Origin: Octopus vulgaris | Taxonomy: Eukaryota | NCBI GenBank assembly: GCA_951406725.2 | Contig: OX597829.1 | Span: 20,150,001-20,214,000 of the forward strand | Reading direction: 5' to 3' | DNA: 64,000 nucleotides | Part shown: piece by piece, positions 1 to 12,895 of the stretch | How the letters are laid out: every line of letters starts with the position of its first letter | How positions within the stretch are numbered: the first letter of the stretch is position 1 | Notes under the pieces: generated by a model | What the model saw: only the letters and a program-made list of their open reading frames with translations | What the model was told of the DNA's origin: nothing | Database searches by the model: none | Made by a program: the position numbers and the translations under genes

Positions 1-159
1 ATATGAATGTTATTGAAGGACTTTGACCAAAGCTGCCATATTAGAAAGGTCCCTTGTCCCATTTCAACCTTGAAACTAAAAGGATTTTGTATTTACAGTG
101 TTGACTATTTTCATCTTCTTTCCTTGTGATATAAATGTGATATAAAATACATTTTCTGT

Positions 160-385
160 TTAACCCTTCAGCATTCGTATTTCTCTGCCGAATGTAATGC
201 TTATTTGTTCGTTGTTTTGAGTTAATCATGCATTAATCTTGTATCTTCAAGATTTCATGATGTGATTGGTTATTTTTAGAATTACATTGTAGGGTCAGTG
301 TGACAGGTCAGATCTGACCAGTTTGAGCATAAAAAAGATAGAATAGTTGGGCCAGAAATGGCTGGTTTCAATGCTAAAGGGTTAA
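160..385. mobile_element. piggyBac-type MITE, family A
   Basis: TTAA|CCCTTCAGCATT...AATGCTAAAGGG|TTAA gives a TTAA TSD with CCC...GGG termini. A related copy lies at 14734-14942 and fragments at about 18810-18920, 23990-24170, 24196-24368 and 28738-28870. Confidence 0.75.
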
Positions 386-3300
386 AACAAATTTTTCCTT
401 CAGACAAGTAAGATGAAACGCTTGAAATTTATAAATAAACTAGTCTAATTTCTTTAGAGAATTTACATATTATAAGTACAGTAAAAACCAAAAAACTGGG
501 TGGAACGTTTTCTTTTCTTCTTTTTTTTTTAAACTTTCCAGGTTTAGAATAATTTGAGGCTTTATTATATTATCTTATATCCAGGTTTTTCTCTTTAATA
601 TACATTTATGGAAGGGAACAAACACCTACAGCCTAAAATTAGTAAAATGTGCCAAGTTTTTCTTTTTTATTCAAATTGAATGGCAAAGAATGGATAATCT
701 ACATGCCGTTATCAGTAAATGCCTGTTTTATAAATTATCATAGAATAAAGTAATGAATAATTTGTCTGTAACCTCTTGCAACCTCTTCACTTTTAATTTT
801 TCAATTCTGTTTAGTCATCTGTGTGTATATCTCTATTTCAACAGATTGGTTAGTATAATGGTGATAGATGTCTTTGTAAGTCAATTAAATCATAAGATTA
901 CTATGAACTGTTTGCTTTTTATTAAATTAAAATCTTTATTGGTTACTTGATACATATATTGGTTTCAAATTTTGGCACAAGGCCAGCAATTTTGGGGTAG
1001 GGGTAAGTTGGTTATATTGACACCCCACCTCCACCCCTGAAAGGATGAAAAATGGCAAAATCAACCCCTGTGACATTTTGAACTCAGAATGTGAAGTCGG
1101 TAGAAATGCTGCTAAGCATTTTGCAATGATTTTGCCAGCTTGTCACCTTACTTGATACATATATTAAACGGCATCTTGTAAGTCTTTTTACACTGTATAA
1201 CCTATAATGCTTTTTTAATCATAGCAATAATGGCCTAATACTTCAAATATAAACTGTTATTGAAAATATATATTTAAAAAAAAAAATTTATCAGAAGTTT
1301 TCAGTTTTAGTATGCTTTTCCAATATTATCTTAAAAACCATTTGACTTTTATAATCTTTATAATGGATATATTTATAGTTTGTCATTGAACAGTGGCCAA
1401 GCTGGATTACCAGCTTCAGAGATATAGTTAATTACATCAGCCAATGTACTTGATTTGTATTTAATCAACTTAGGAAAGATGAAAGTCAGTTGACCTGGAT
1501 GGGGTCAAGGAATGCAACCAAATAACAAGCTATTTTATTCACTCTACCCATTCTTCCAGACTCTGCCATCTAATATATATTCACACACATGAATACTATA
1601 TCTAGAGATATTAACTACTTTAAATTTGGGCAGGATATAGAGATGAAGAAAGAAAAGTTGCTTATTAAATTTTTTTGTACCTAAATTTAGGTGTGCCATT
1701 GAATGTCTACAGTGTGAAATATTGTGCCTGTATGCATGTGTGAATGTTTGCAAAAACACTTACTCTTGTTTTTATGATTAAATGGATTATGAACTTAGAT
1801 AATACATTGCCTCTTTAAAAATTTTGTGAATTAAAAAAAAAAAAATTTTTTTGATATAATTGTGAGTGAATTTCTTAGAGGGATTAGAGTAAGTAAACTG
1901 TTGCTCTTTTTTGCAGTATGACTGTTATCCCTTCTGTGCTTTGGTCAAAGAATAGTAAAGTTCCTTCAGTTCATTTTGTAATTCATATGTAATCCTTTTC
2001 AACTTTGTAGCACAGCGATAAACATGATGGAATGACACTGTTGTCTTTGCGGTACTAAACCTATTGTGATAGGATAAATAATAATTTTGCTGAGGATTTT
2101 GGCAGCGTTAGTTTTATTTTACTGTGATTTATTTGCAAAAATGTTCTGTTCAGTTGCATGCACCAAATGGTGAGTGCTTGCTAATATAAAGACTTGGAAA
2201 AAAAAATTAAAGATTTTCAAGAAATATTTTAAAAAATGTACAAAAAAATAAAGAAATAAAATATATGATTTTAAGATATGCTTGTTTTTGTTTTATTTAT
2301 ATATCATTTTGACTAGAATTGGTAGATAAAATGTAATGTTGATCTCTCTGGCATTAGTAACATGAGATGAATACATACAAACATGAAATAAAATTGGATC
2401 ATTTCTGGCTTACTAGAAATTTGCTTTTACTCTACAATGCACAATTATTGAATGATAGAAATATCAATTTTTTTGTTTGGTATAGAACAGTTATATATTT
2501 TTAATTTGGTTGTGTTTATATTATATTATCCAAACTGGTCTACAGTTGCTTGTTTGAATGGCTTATAAGACAAGTGAATATCGTAATCCTTAAGAGTTGT
2601 GAATTATTGCTAAGCATATTTTCATCAGCCTTAAAATTTGAAATACTATGAGATTACCTCAGTGGAACTACAGTATCATTATCACTAAGTGATTTCAAAA
2701 CATTGAAAATAAATATTTACCTCATGAGATGGTAGCCAGCAGTGCTGTCACAGTTTAATTACACATCCAGTATCTTAACATAGTAAGAGAAAAAAGTAAA
2801 GTAATCTGATATGCCAAATGCAATATCTTAATTTTTACAATGTTATAATAAGCTTAATTGCCTAGACAATATTACTTTCATCATCAAACAACACAATTGG
2901 AAACATCAATCCTGAAAGTGTTGAAATCAATCCTGTACTGACGGGGGTGGGGTATTTATTTTATGTATAGGACCTAGAGAAATGTGAAGCACTCCATGAC
3001 CTCTGCTGATACTTCTAGATCAGGATGATTGGTGTTATCAATGCTTCCTTATCTGAGGAAGAGAATTCCAGAGGGCACATAAAAGCACTACGTGTATTGG
3101 GCCTCATGGAGCCATTGACGTGAAGCCAAGTAAGATCATAGTCATAGCTGATGCCAATGTCACATAACTGGCCTGTTAAAAGCACCCTTCAATCGTTGGG
3201 CAATATGGTGTGCTTGTGAAGACCTGTTGAACAGTGAAATTGTAGTTATGGCTGATGGGTACCCATCAGTAGTACATAAAAAGCACTTCGTGCGTTGGGC

Positions 3301-3522
3301 CTCATGGAGGCAGTGAGGTCAAGCCAAGTGTCTGTGTGTATCCCCTCCCCCTCAACATCGCTTGACAACCGATGCTGGTGTGTTTACGTAGCGGTTCGGC
3401 AAAAGAGACTGACAAAATAAGTACTAGCCTTACAGAGAATAAGTCCTGGTGTCGATTTGCTCGACTAAAGGCGGTGCTCCAGCATGGCCGCAGTCAAATG
3501 ACTGAAACAAATAAGAGAGTAA

Positions 3523-5258
3523 AAACGAGAACAGAAAATACAAAGTTCGACTGCATCGGTTTTGATGGCAGAAAGGATGAAACTAAAACATCAAAAGGGA
3601 TGGAAAGTGCAGAGCACTATGCTATTGTGAAAGAGCCCGGTGATGAGTATTTAGATCACGTTTCACCAGATAATGGAACAGTTCGTTGATTTGCAGAAAA
3701 AGATGATTACTTCTTTTTATTCTGACAGTCAAGAAAGTTTAAAGGCTGCATTGTGTGATGGCACTCCAGTAAACACTGGTCATTTAGGATGGTTAATTAA
3801 AATAATTGAATTCTACATAAATAAACCACTTCAGTGGTTGATATGCTTACTACATATAAATGAGCTTCCATTTTGACAAGCATTTGAATCCATAGATGGA
3901 AAAACAACAGGATCACGAACATCAAAAGGCTTAATTGGCAATAAAATTAAATGTAACAAACTTAAAGATAATCAGATTTTCTCCAGTAAAAACTAAAGTG
4001 AAGGTATTGCCATTAGAAATTGTTGATACTTTAAGCTCAGATCAAAAATATCTGTATGAAATGTGCTTCAGTAATGAGACAGGGTTTGTTTCTGAGCAGT
4101 TTAGCAGCAAGCCCATCTGGTAAAATCCATCTTGCGAGGTGATTAACTCGAGCAAACCGAATTCTTCGCTTATACGTTTCGGAAAAAAATCCCCAAAAGA
4201 ATATTATGGATCTTGTTAAAATCATAACGCAAGTTTATGCTCTAAGCTGGATTAAATCTCACCCAAAGTTACACAAAGGAGCAGGATATGAACCAAGATC
4301 ATAAAGAAGTCATGGAGAAATCGTTAAAAACTAATTCGTATTTTGCCCTTCCGGATAATATTTTATTGGCTATGCTGAATGATGGAAGAAGACAAACTAG
4401 GTAAGTAGCAATTCAGTGAATTATTAAAGCAAGAACTTTTCTCCTAATGTACAGTGAAATATTCAGAAATTTCAAACTGCCAAGCAAAATAAATTTTGAA
4501 GCACAGGATTATGTTTTGACTAACTGGAAAAATGAAGTTATAATATCCCCTCCAGTTTTACGGAACTTTACAAATGTTGATCTTAAAGCCCGTTCAGGAC
4601 CATAAACGGCAATTCTCATAGCCAAAGAGTCGAGCATGCTATCAATTTAATGACAAAAGCTTCTGAAGTCAGAATAGGCTGTAAAAATAGGCACAAATTC
4701 ATATAATATGTACAGAAATCAAGACAAGGTTTACTTTACTTTGACTGGAAAAGACAATGGTCAGTTAATTAATAATAAATATTAGTAATGCTTATTTTAT
4801 GGTGTTCACTGTTCATATATTTCGTTTAAGGTTCGTGCGATTTTTTTTAATTGCATATCATCATAGTCACTAAGAATTTACATTTTTTTAATGTTGAAAG
4901 TGCTTTTCTTAATATAGGCTTGTTTTTTTTATTGAAAAAATTAATACAAACTATATAAATAAAGATTCCAATCACTAATTTTCAGTTGTGAGTGTGGGGC
5001 GGGGGTGCATATAATTTATAAAAAGTTATAAAGGTAATATTGGAAGTGAAAAGATCCGTAATATTTAACCAATACAAAGTTAATTGCATTAAAATAAGTG
5101 TACAGCTCCTTAAATTTTCAGTATTCAAAGCGCAGAATTGGGGTTGGGGGCTATGCGAGGGGTAGGGGTGGTCGTATACTCTTAAAAATTTAATTTATTT
5201 CTTACGCCAAAATGAACACCAAGCAAATGGAATCAGAATATAAAATTTCAATCCCCTA
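3523..5258 (+). mobile_element. Decayed hAT-superfamily (hATm-like) DNA transposon, 5'-truncated transposase pseudogene
   Basis: Frameshifted and stopped fragments GFDGRKD, EHY, CDGTPVNTG, LQWLICLLHINELP (CxxH), DQKYL and AR*LTRANRILRLYVS. The element appears to end in ...CCCTA (5254-5258), the reverse complement of a TAGGG terminus. The subfamily assignment is from memory. Confidence 0.7.
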
Positions 5259-5597
5259 ATATATAGATGACGGGGAAATTATATTCGAATGAGCCCTTCT
5301 ATGCTAAAACTATGAAGCTTATGCGCATATAAGCTGTGTACGCAGTTACAAAATTATAATGTGCACATCATATGATCAAAAATCTTCTGATTGCAACTAT
5401 ATTACTTAATATCCTTTTCTCATTTTATGACGATATCGTGCGATCTAAAGTAGATTTAGTTGCTATTTCTAGCGTGGAAATCGTTCAAGTAAAATGTTCC
5501 CTTCTTTCTCTTTTATGTTTTTTTTCCTTCTTGTCTGTCTCTGTATGTCTGTATGTACATAAGTATATATATATATATATATATATATTTATACATA

Positions 5598-5772
5598 TAG
5601 GTACTATTTAAGAAGAGTGGTCCCGGTGCGCGCATCTGCGCTAGCTAGTCGTGACTAGTCGATCCTAAAACGACTCCTAGCAAAGTAAATAAAACACAAA
5701 GGATCGACTAGTCATGACTAGCTAGCGCGAGCGAGTGCGCGCTCCGGAACCACTCTTCATAAATAGTTCCTA
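5598..5772. mobile_element. Palindromic MITE in a TA tract, just upstream of the CNOT7 promoter
   Basis: About 70-bp inverted arms at 5598-5666 (taggtactatttaagaagagtgg...gtcgatcct) and 5700-5772 (aggatcgac...ccactcttcataaatagttccta), flanked by (TA)n. Confidence 0.8.
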
Positions 5773-5925
5773 TATATATATGTATATATATATATACATA
5801 CACACACAGCTCGCTCTCTCTCTCTCCATACATACACACATCTATAATAATTACGCCCCATAATATATGTGTGTGTGTGTGTGCGTTGCGTGTAAAAAGC
5901 TGTGCATGTGGAAGGCATAAAATGA

Positions 5926-5981
5926 TGACGTATATACATCCTATTCGAGTATAAATAGTACCTATATCGCTTATTTCATCT
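5926..5981 (+). promoter_or_regulatory. Candidate core promoter: CRE-like TGACGTA, TATA box and Inr-like TCATCT
   Basis: TGACGTA at 5926-5932, TATAAATA at 5950-5957 and TCATCT at 5976-5981, with canonical TATA-Inr spacing upstream of the CNOT7 exons. Confidence 0.4.
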
Positions 5982-6106
5982 TGGAGAACACAGGACGCAG
6001 GCGCAAAGAACGAGTTAAAAAGAAGAAAAAAAAAAGACAAAAAACAGCAAAGCAATAAAACATAAAAATAAAAAAAAAAAGAAGGAAGACTTGACATGTT
6101 TGCAAG
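5978..6106 (+). other. Probable non-coding first exon (5' UTR) of the CAF1/CNOT7 gene
   Basis: Lies about 28 nt downstream of TATAAATA (5950) in a CpG-containing region. Ends at candidate donor AAG|gtatcg (6106/6107). The acceptor at 7540/7541 needs an upstream exon. The TSS is inferred only. Confidence 0.5.
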
Positions 6107-6247
6107 GTATCGGAATCATTTATTAATTTTCTTGGAGAACTGTTTTTCTGTTGTTGTTGTTGTTGTACTTGTACTTTCTTCTTCTTCCTACTCCGTTTTA
6201 TCAGATGTTCCCTGCCACCGCCTTTTTGTATTTCGCGTTTGTATTAT

Positions 6248-6285
<38 letters not shown>

Positions 6286-6715
6286 TCTTGTTTAGAAATA
6301 AGAGTGAGGCGGCGGCGGAGGGAGGGAGGAGGGGGATTGTATATTTTTATTTATTTTTTTTTTTTATAAATTAAAAAAAAAAAAGAATTTGAAAGAAAGA
6401 AAGAAGGAAAGAAAAAAAAAAAATAATAATAATCAGGGGAGGAAGGAATAATATTCAACGGATAAACGACAATATTAAATGTTGCTTCTTTCTTTCTTTC
6501 TTTTCATTATCCGTTGAAGTGGAATGTCTGCGGCATTGTATGAATGTGTGTGTTTTTTTCAACATTTTGGACTCCTCGTCGCTTCCTCTCCTTTCTCATA
6601 TTACTTTTTTTTTTTCTCTCTCTCTCTCCACTTCTTGCTCCCGCTTTATTTCATTTTTTTTTTTTAATAATTTCAAGTAATTTCACTTTTGTATTATTTT
6701 CAATCCTTTTCTTTA

Positions 6716-6748
<33 letters not shown>

Positions 6749-7637
6749 GTGTGTGTGTGTTTATAAGGCGATCGTTATATGTATTAATGTTTCGAAGCAC
6801 TTTCTGAATAATTCATTTTGAATGATATTAATTCATCTTGAAAATCTGTTTATCTGGAAAAATCTTTCTTTCTTTTCCTGGTTCTGATTTCTTATTCACA
6901 AATAAGAAAATGTATAAACAGTTCCTTGGATTAACGTTCATTTAGTTTTAACATTTTTTTCTGCAGTGGCCTTCCTCTATCTATCTTTAATAGTTCTTTA
7001 ATGTAAAGCAAGTTACTGGGAAAGATCTCCATCCTGAAAATTGAAACGAATCCTTGAATCGTTCTTGCCTTTAACTTGATATTCCGAATTGTTCAGCTTT
7101 CTACGTTAATTTATTATTCATTACATAAACGTTGTGAGAAATCCTAAATCCATCAATATCCCTTGAAAACAAAAAAAAATACTGTTTTTAGCCATGTTGG
7201 ATTCGTTTGAATTTTTAGGGTTAAACACAAATATGAAACTTTTTTTGAATTTCCCCACTAACTGAAATGTAATGTTCAAATGTTTTTATTGTAAGTTTTT
7301 TCTCTATACAAAATTATTTTTATTTTAATGAGATTTCATTTTGTCTTGGAGTTTGTTTGTTTTTTTTTTATATATTTCGAGAAAATGCTTTTAATTTGTT
7401 GCGGATACTAAAAGCCTAATTATTTACCACTGCTGATTTCAGATAACCAAATGTCTTAATGTTTTTTTTTTCTCTCTCTCTCTCTTTCGAATTTGTATAA
7501 ACATATTCTACCCACTCTCTATATTTAATCCTTTTCACAGGTTTTGAGAATTTTATAACGATTAAAAAAAAATTTGCAAAGGGATAGAATAGACCTTGTA
7601 CAACAAATTCACAGTGGATAAGAGAAATGGTGTCAGG

Positions 7638-7754
7638 ATGCCTTCGGTAGTACCAGCTCCAGAATGGGGTTTCAGAGATGTATGGCAAAGCAATTTAGAA
7701 GAAGAATTTCGACATATTCGCCAGGTTGTTCAACAATATCGATATGTCGCTATG
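7638..7754 (+). CDS. CNOT7: CCR4-NOT deadenylase subunit CAF1/POP2 (CNOT7/8-like), coding exon 1 of 6
   Basis: ATG at 7638 gives MPSVVPAPEWGFRDVWQSNLEEEFRHIRQVVQQYRYVAM, which matches the CAF1 N-terminus (VW..NLEEE...IR......Y.YVAM). Donor is ATG|gtatgt (phase 0). Upstream acceptor cttttcacag| places the exon start at 7541. Confidence 0.95.
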
Positions 7755-9489
7755 GTATGTATAAAATGTGTATTCAGTTTCTCTACATTTATAGCTAATG
7801 AAAATTTGTGATTTATAGATTTAAATAAATTATTTTAAATTTTATTACGTAGTACTCTGTTAAACATCTTCTGCCTAATAGATTGTAAGTTAATATGGTC
7901 CAAGACGATGATAATTCTGATATTTTGAAACAAAATTCCTTTTTTAATTTCGACAAAATTTCATCTTAATAAATCTAAAAACAAGTTACATTTGTCAGCT
8001 TTGAGCTTATCAATTTGATATTTGTGAAATTTGGAGAGAACTAGATTTATAAATTAAATATAAGAAATTTACCCGCGACAGAGATTGTTTTATTTTTTTA
8101 TATGCAATTGTATGTCATGAATATTTCAGAAAGCAAAAGCTTTAGAAAGGAAATTGTAGAAGTTTTGAAAGTAAGATTTTGTACCGCTCGGGAGAATACC
8201 TGTTATGATAGACGAGTATGGAGGACAGCTGAGCTTGTCTAACGTACATGTTAGAAATAATCAATGACTTAATGATTTGCTTTTAACCAAGTCCAGAGGT
8301 TCCCCATCGGGGTCCGTCCATATGAGATTTTGTCATTAAAATTTGTACAATAAATTTGTTATATTTCTATAATACACAATGTGGCGGAGGTAATGGATAC
8401 GTACACTACTGGTTTTCGGCGTATATTTTTTTTTTTAAACCCTAACCACCGGGTGTGCGTATTCTTTACCTTCGCCCACAATGTTTTTAAGATTTTATAT
8501 ATATATATACACACACACACACAATTCCTAATATTATAAAAATAAACAATAAGCTCTTTTGGCATTTGGTATTCCAATAGAGTAAAATAGGAATCAAAGG
8601 TGTCCATAGGCGAACGACTGACTTAGTCTTTTCAAATCACCTCTTACTATTAGAGATGAGAACTCAAATTTCGACGTTAGTAGTGTTCAAAACGGAGCAC
8701 CTGTTCTCAGTCGATACATAAAAGGGTTATGGAATTCTTACTGTGTTCCACTTCCCGCCTCCAAGTTAAGTCGATAGCAACTTCAGTATGGTTAACAATG
8801 AGGTGGGGAAAAATCAGTAGCTTCAGTCCGTTTTCAACACATCAGCAACTTGGATGTTTAATGAGGTATAAATTTGTCTGCTACCAATCACTTTGATCGT
8901 TATAGGTAACAAAAACAAAGTTCAGGGAAGGCTTGGTTTGGATAAGATATGTTTAGGATTTTATCAGGATGTCAAACGAAAATACTACTATTATAGCGGG
9001 ACAATTAAAGTATTTCGTTTGGTGCTTTTTTAAAAAATAAATCTGGGGTTAATACTTGGAATGTCCTATACTGCAATCTCTTAGATAGGTGGGGGGGGGG
9101 GGGGTTTACTAGACAATGTAAGTTATGCCTGTCCTGAGGATTGGCAGTAAGGAAGTTCATGTACAAGTAGTTCATCAGATCTATATCAATCCTGCTTATT
9201 GTCTATAACATATTTCAGGAGTGGTGACATTTCTGCTGTTTGTAGAGCTGCAGATAATCTTTCCATGTTTGAGCATTGTCTAGAATTTAAGTGTCTGTTA
9301 TAGAGATAATGAGTGAACACAATCCCAAAGATTTGATGTTGCTTGATTAGTACACAAAAGATGCAGAAGGATCACTAGCAGAACAAAATTACTTAGCAGT
9401 TTCTATGAGAGATATAGTTGTGGTGCTAATAGATTATATTTGGTGCTAGAAGAGATATGGTTTGTGGAATGTTTGATAGGGAGCTGAGA

Positions 9490-10112
9490 AGATTCGGCAA
9501 ATATGCTGTGCTTGAGAAGACTCAGCAAGCTCAAGTGAGGCCATAACCTTCAGGCCTATGCCAGGGGTGTAACCAGCCCACTTATACGTACCTTTCTTTC
9601 ATTAAACACTAAACTCTGCTTGCGAAGACCTGTTGAGGCAAGTGAAATCAAATTCGATGATTGGCATCTGTGCTAGTGGAGCGCTAAGAGTACCATACGA
9701 GTGTGATCATTGCCAGAACAACAAGCTGTCCTCCGTGCCGACGGCTCGTAAAAGGCACCATTCAAGCGTGGTTGTTACCTGCGTCGCCTTACTGGCACTT
9801 GTGCTGGTGGCACATGAAAAACATTCGAGCTAGGTCATTGCCAGTGCCGCTGGACTGGCTCCTGTGCAGGTGGCACATAAAAAAAAAAGCACTATTTGAG
9901 CATGGCCGTTGCCAGTACCGACTGGCCCTCATGCCGATGGAATTTAAAAGCACCTACTACACTCTCGGAGTGGTTGGCGTTAGGAAGGGCATCCAGCTGT
10001 AGAAACTGCTAGATCAGATTGGAGTCTGGTGCAGCGATCTGGTTTGCCAGACCTGTCAAATCATCCAACCCATGCTAACATGGAAAGTGGAAGTTAAACA
10101 ATGATGATGATG
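9490..10112 (+). mobile_element. SINE-like repeat with internal tandem subunits and a (GAT)n tail (family C), in a CNOT7 intron
   Basis: The 3' end ...cactctcggagtggttggcgttaggaagggcatccagctgtagaaac...ccaacccatgctaacatggaaag...gatgatgatga recurs at about 3070-3330 (internal part), 24660-24785, 28870-29095, 33910-34500, 46670-46825, 48553-49444, 51495-51670 and 59950-60472. Confidence 0.75.
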
Positions 10113-10484
10113 AAGAGCAACTGGGGGATGTGTACACTGGTACAGACATATTCTTTGGATAGTGGTTCTCTGAGTTGTTTTCTGTAACAGTACTAGTACA
10201 GCACATGAGTGAGCTAACTGTAAATTGAATGTTTTTTTTTTCTTAACTACTCATTTGGAAATGTTCATAGTTTGATCTTCATGGTATGATCAGTGCTTTT
10301 CAATTTTTCGAATCTGCTAAACAAGTGTTTGTGAGAAACTTAAAATAGGGTCTGTACAGTTTGCAGAAAATTTGACAGTTGTAGCATGAACGTGCTTTTG
10401 ATAGACATCTTTTTGGAAACTAATACTAGCAGAATGCTTGGATTTAAATTTTTTTTAACCTAATTACTGAAATTTTATTTGTAG

Positions 10485-10678
10485 GATACAGAATTTCCTG
10501 GGGTAGTTGCCCGTCCAATCGGAGACTTTCGAAGTACAGCTGACTACCAGTACCAACTTTTACGCTGCAATGTTGACCTGCTCAAAATCATCCAAGTCGG
10601 GATTACATTTTTAGATGATTTTGGACAGACAGCTACTCCTATTTCCACATGGCAATTCAATTTCAAATTTAATCTTAC
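10485..10678 (+). CDS. CNOT7: CAF1/CNOT7 coding exon 2 (contains the DTEF catalytic motif)
   Basis: Acceptor tttgtag|GAT. Translates DTEFPGVVARPIGDFRSTADYQYQLLRCNVDLLKIIQVGITFLDDFGQTATPISTWQFNFKFNL(T). Donor AC|gttagt; 194 nt. Missed by the ORF track. Confidence 0.97.
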
Positions 10679-10832
10679 GTTAGTGATTTTCTTTTCTCCT
10701 GATCCTTTGCAACTTTTTTCTAAATTGCTATTTTCTTGATAATTTTATTGTAGTTATTCTTTTGGTTATTATTGTAGTTTAGAAATTGTTTTTATATTTC
10801 TGGTTTTAATTTTGTGCATTTTTAAATTTCAG

Positions 10833-10994
10833 AGAAGATATGTATGCTCAAGAGTCTATAGATCTTCTAACAAAATCTGGTATACAGTTTAAAAAGCATG
10901 AGGAAGAAGGAATCCATGTAGATAATTTTGCTGAATTGCTCATGACCTCTGGAGTTGTTCTGGCAGATCAAGTGAAGTGGCTATCGTTTCATAG
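10833..10994 (+). CDS. CNOT7: CAF1/CNOT7 coding exon 3
   Basis: Acceptor tttcag|A. Translates EDMYAQESIDLLTKSGIQFKKHEEEGIHVDNFAELLMTSGVVLADQVKWLSFH(S). Donor AG|gtgagg; 162 nt. Confidence 0.97.
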
Positions 10995-12495
10995 GTGAGG
11001 ATGAAAGAAATTTTATTAATTGCTTGCTTTTTGTAAATGTTACCAATACAGAGCCTTGACTACTCGTAGCTAAAATGCTGTAATGGTTCCTGTTATGACA
11101 AGATACTTGCTCACATCCAGTTTTGAGATATCTCCTGATTGTAACCTTCCATATAGTAATTAGTTCTAATGGCTTATACAGCTCAAGGCTGTAAATATTG
11201 TTTTTCAAGACTACCAGAAAGTAGAGATGGGTAAAAACACCACTGGCTGGATGGAAAGCAAAAGAACTAGCAAAAATTTCTCAGAATGGGTGGTGTGAGC
11301 CAATTACTTAGTGGCTGTAGCATTTGATTGAGTAAAATTGTATGAAATGGACATTGTTGCCTTGTATATATTCATAGATACCATATTTTTGTTTTACAAT
11401 TCTTTTACTGTATTTTACTAAATATTTTGTAATGTCAAATTTTATATTGTAATGTTATTTTTACAACATTGACTCTTGCTAAAAATATTTTATTGCATTT
11501 TGAATGAAATTGTGGAATGTTTACATGTTTATTTGAAACTGTCTAAATTTGCTTTGAGTTCAAATAACAGGCATATTATGATAAGGCTTATCAGGACAAG
11601 AGCTTAATGAATTGGAAAATTTCAATTATTTTTCTTTAGAATCATTGATTTATAAAATATTTAAATACTATTATGATAGTTGTAAATTTACTAAGTAACA
11701 TTGGCCATTTATGTTGAAGAATGGGAATTCCATTATAAATTAATACAATCTATAAGTAAATTTTACTAAGGTTGTTTCAAATAAAATTCAAACTTTTGCA
11801 GCAACTATTATGGCCATAATACATCTAAATTTTTGCATTTAGACTTGTAATTAGGAAATTTTGATTTATACTTTTTCATTACATGATTTTGGAAGTCAGG
11901 GTAATTATTTCAGTGCGCCCAAAACTGAGGAAGATATCCTCAGACCAGATTTTTTGCTTGAATTTTTGAAACATTGTGCTATACTAAGGTACCGAAGGAC
12001 CAAGTGATGTTTAACTGAGCAAGAGGTTAAGTTTGTCACCCACTGATCATTGATCTTCATTCATTTTTAGATACATATTAGTTATTGATTGGAGTTTGAA
12101 CTTCACTTAAAAATGTGAATACACTGTCTTGTTCATTTGTGGAAATGGAAACTGAATGTGAGCTATTTTAAAGAATCAGTTTGATATTCACTCTTTCATG
12201 CTTACATGGGTTGGATGAGATTTATTAGGGCAGATATTCTATGATTAGATGCTATTCTTAACTTTCAGCTGTTTCTAAGTAAGATATTTCCCCCATGGCT
12301 GAAGTCGTGGAGGATTGGAAACCTGTTTGTATGATGGTAACACTTGTTTGACAGTTCCCACATAAGATGCACATGCAACAGGCTTCTTTCTGTTCCCCTC
12401 TACTAAATCTGTTTGCAAGGTCTTGGTCAGTGTTGGGCTGTAGCAGAAGACACTTGCCCAAAGTGCCATGCAGTGAGATTAAACCTGAAAACACT

Positions 12496-12895
12496 TTACT
12501 CTTTACTCTTTTACTTGTTTCAGTCATTTGACTGTGGCCATGCTGGAGCATTGCCTTTAATCGAGCAACTCGACCCCGGGACTTATTCTTTGTAAGCCCA
12601 GTACTTATTCTATAGGTCTCTTTTTGCCGAACCGCTAAGTAACGGGGACATAAACACACCAGCATCGGTTGTCAAGCAATGCTAGGGGGACAAACACACA
12701 CACACACATACATATATATATATACATATATACGACAGGCTTCTTTCAGTTTCCGTCTACCAAATCCACTCACAAGGCATTGGTCAGCCCGGGGCTATAG
12801 CAGAAGACACTTGCCCAAGATGCCACGCAGTGGGACTGAACCCGGAACCATGTGGTTGGTTAGCAAACTACTTACCACACGGCCACTCCTGCGCC
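12496..12895 (-). mobile_element. tRNA-derived SINE (family A, octopus-type), full length, in a CNOT7 intron
   Basis: Head ggcgcaggagtggccgtgtggtaag...ggttcagtccc with pol III A/B boxes, a CORE-like (c/t)cttgggcaagtg segment, a central (TA/TG)n and a tail (gagtaaaa)n. It is adjacent to an older fragment at about 12380-12490. Confidence 0.85.

Noticed and set aside
3372-3689. 105-aa ORF as a gene
   Set aside because: Chimeric reading frame running from a SINE 3' half into the decayed transposase.
7596-7637. N-terminal extension of CAF1 from the TTG at 7596
   Set aside because: Non-ATG start. The ATG at 7638 gives the conserved 39-codon first coding exon.
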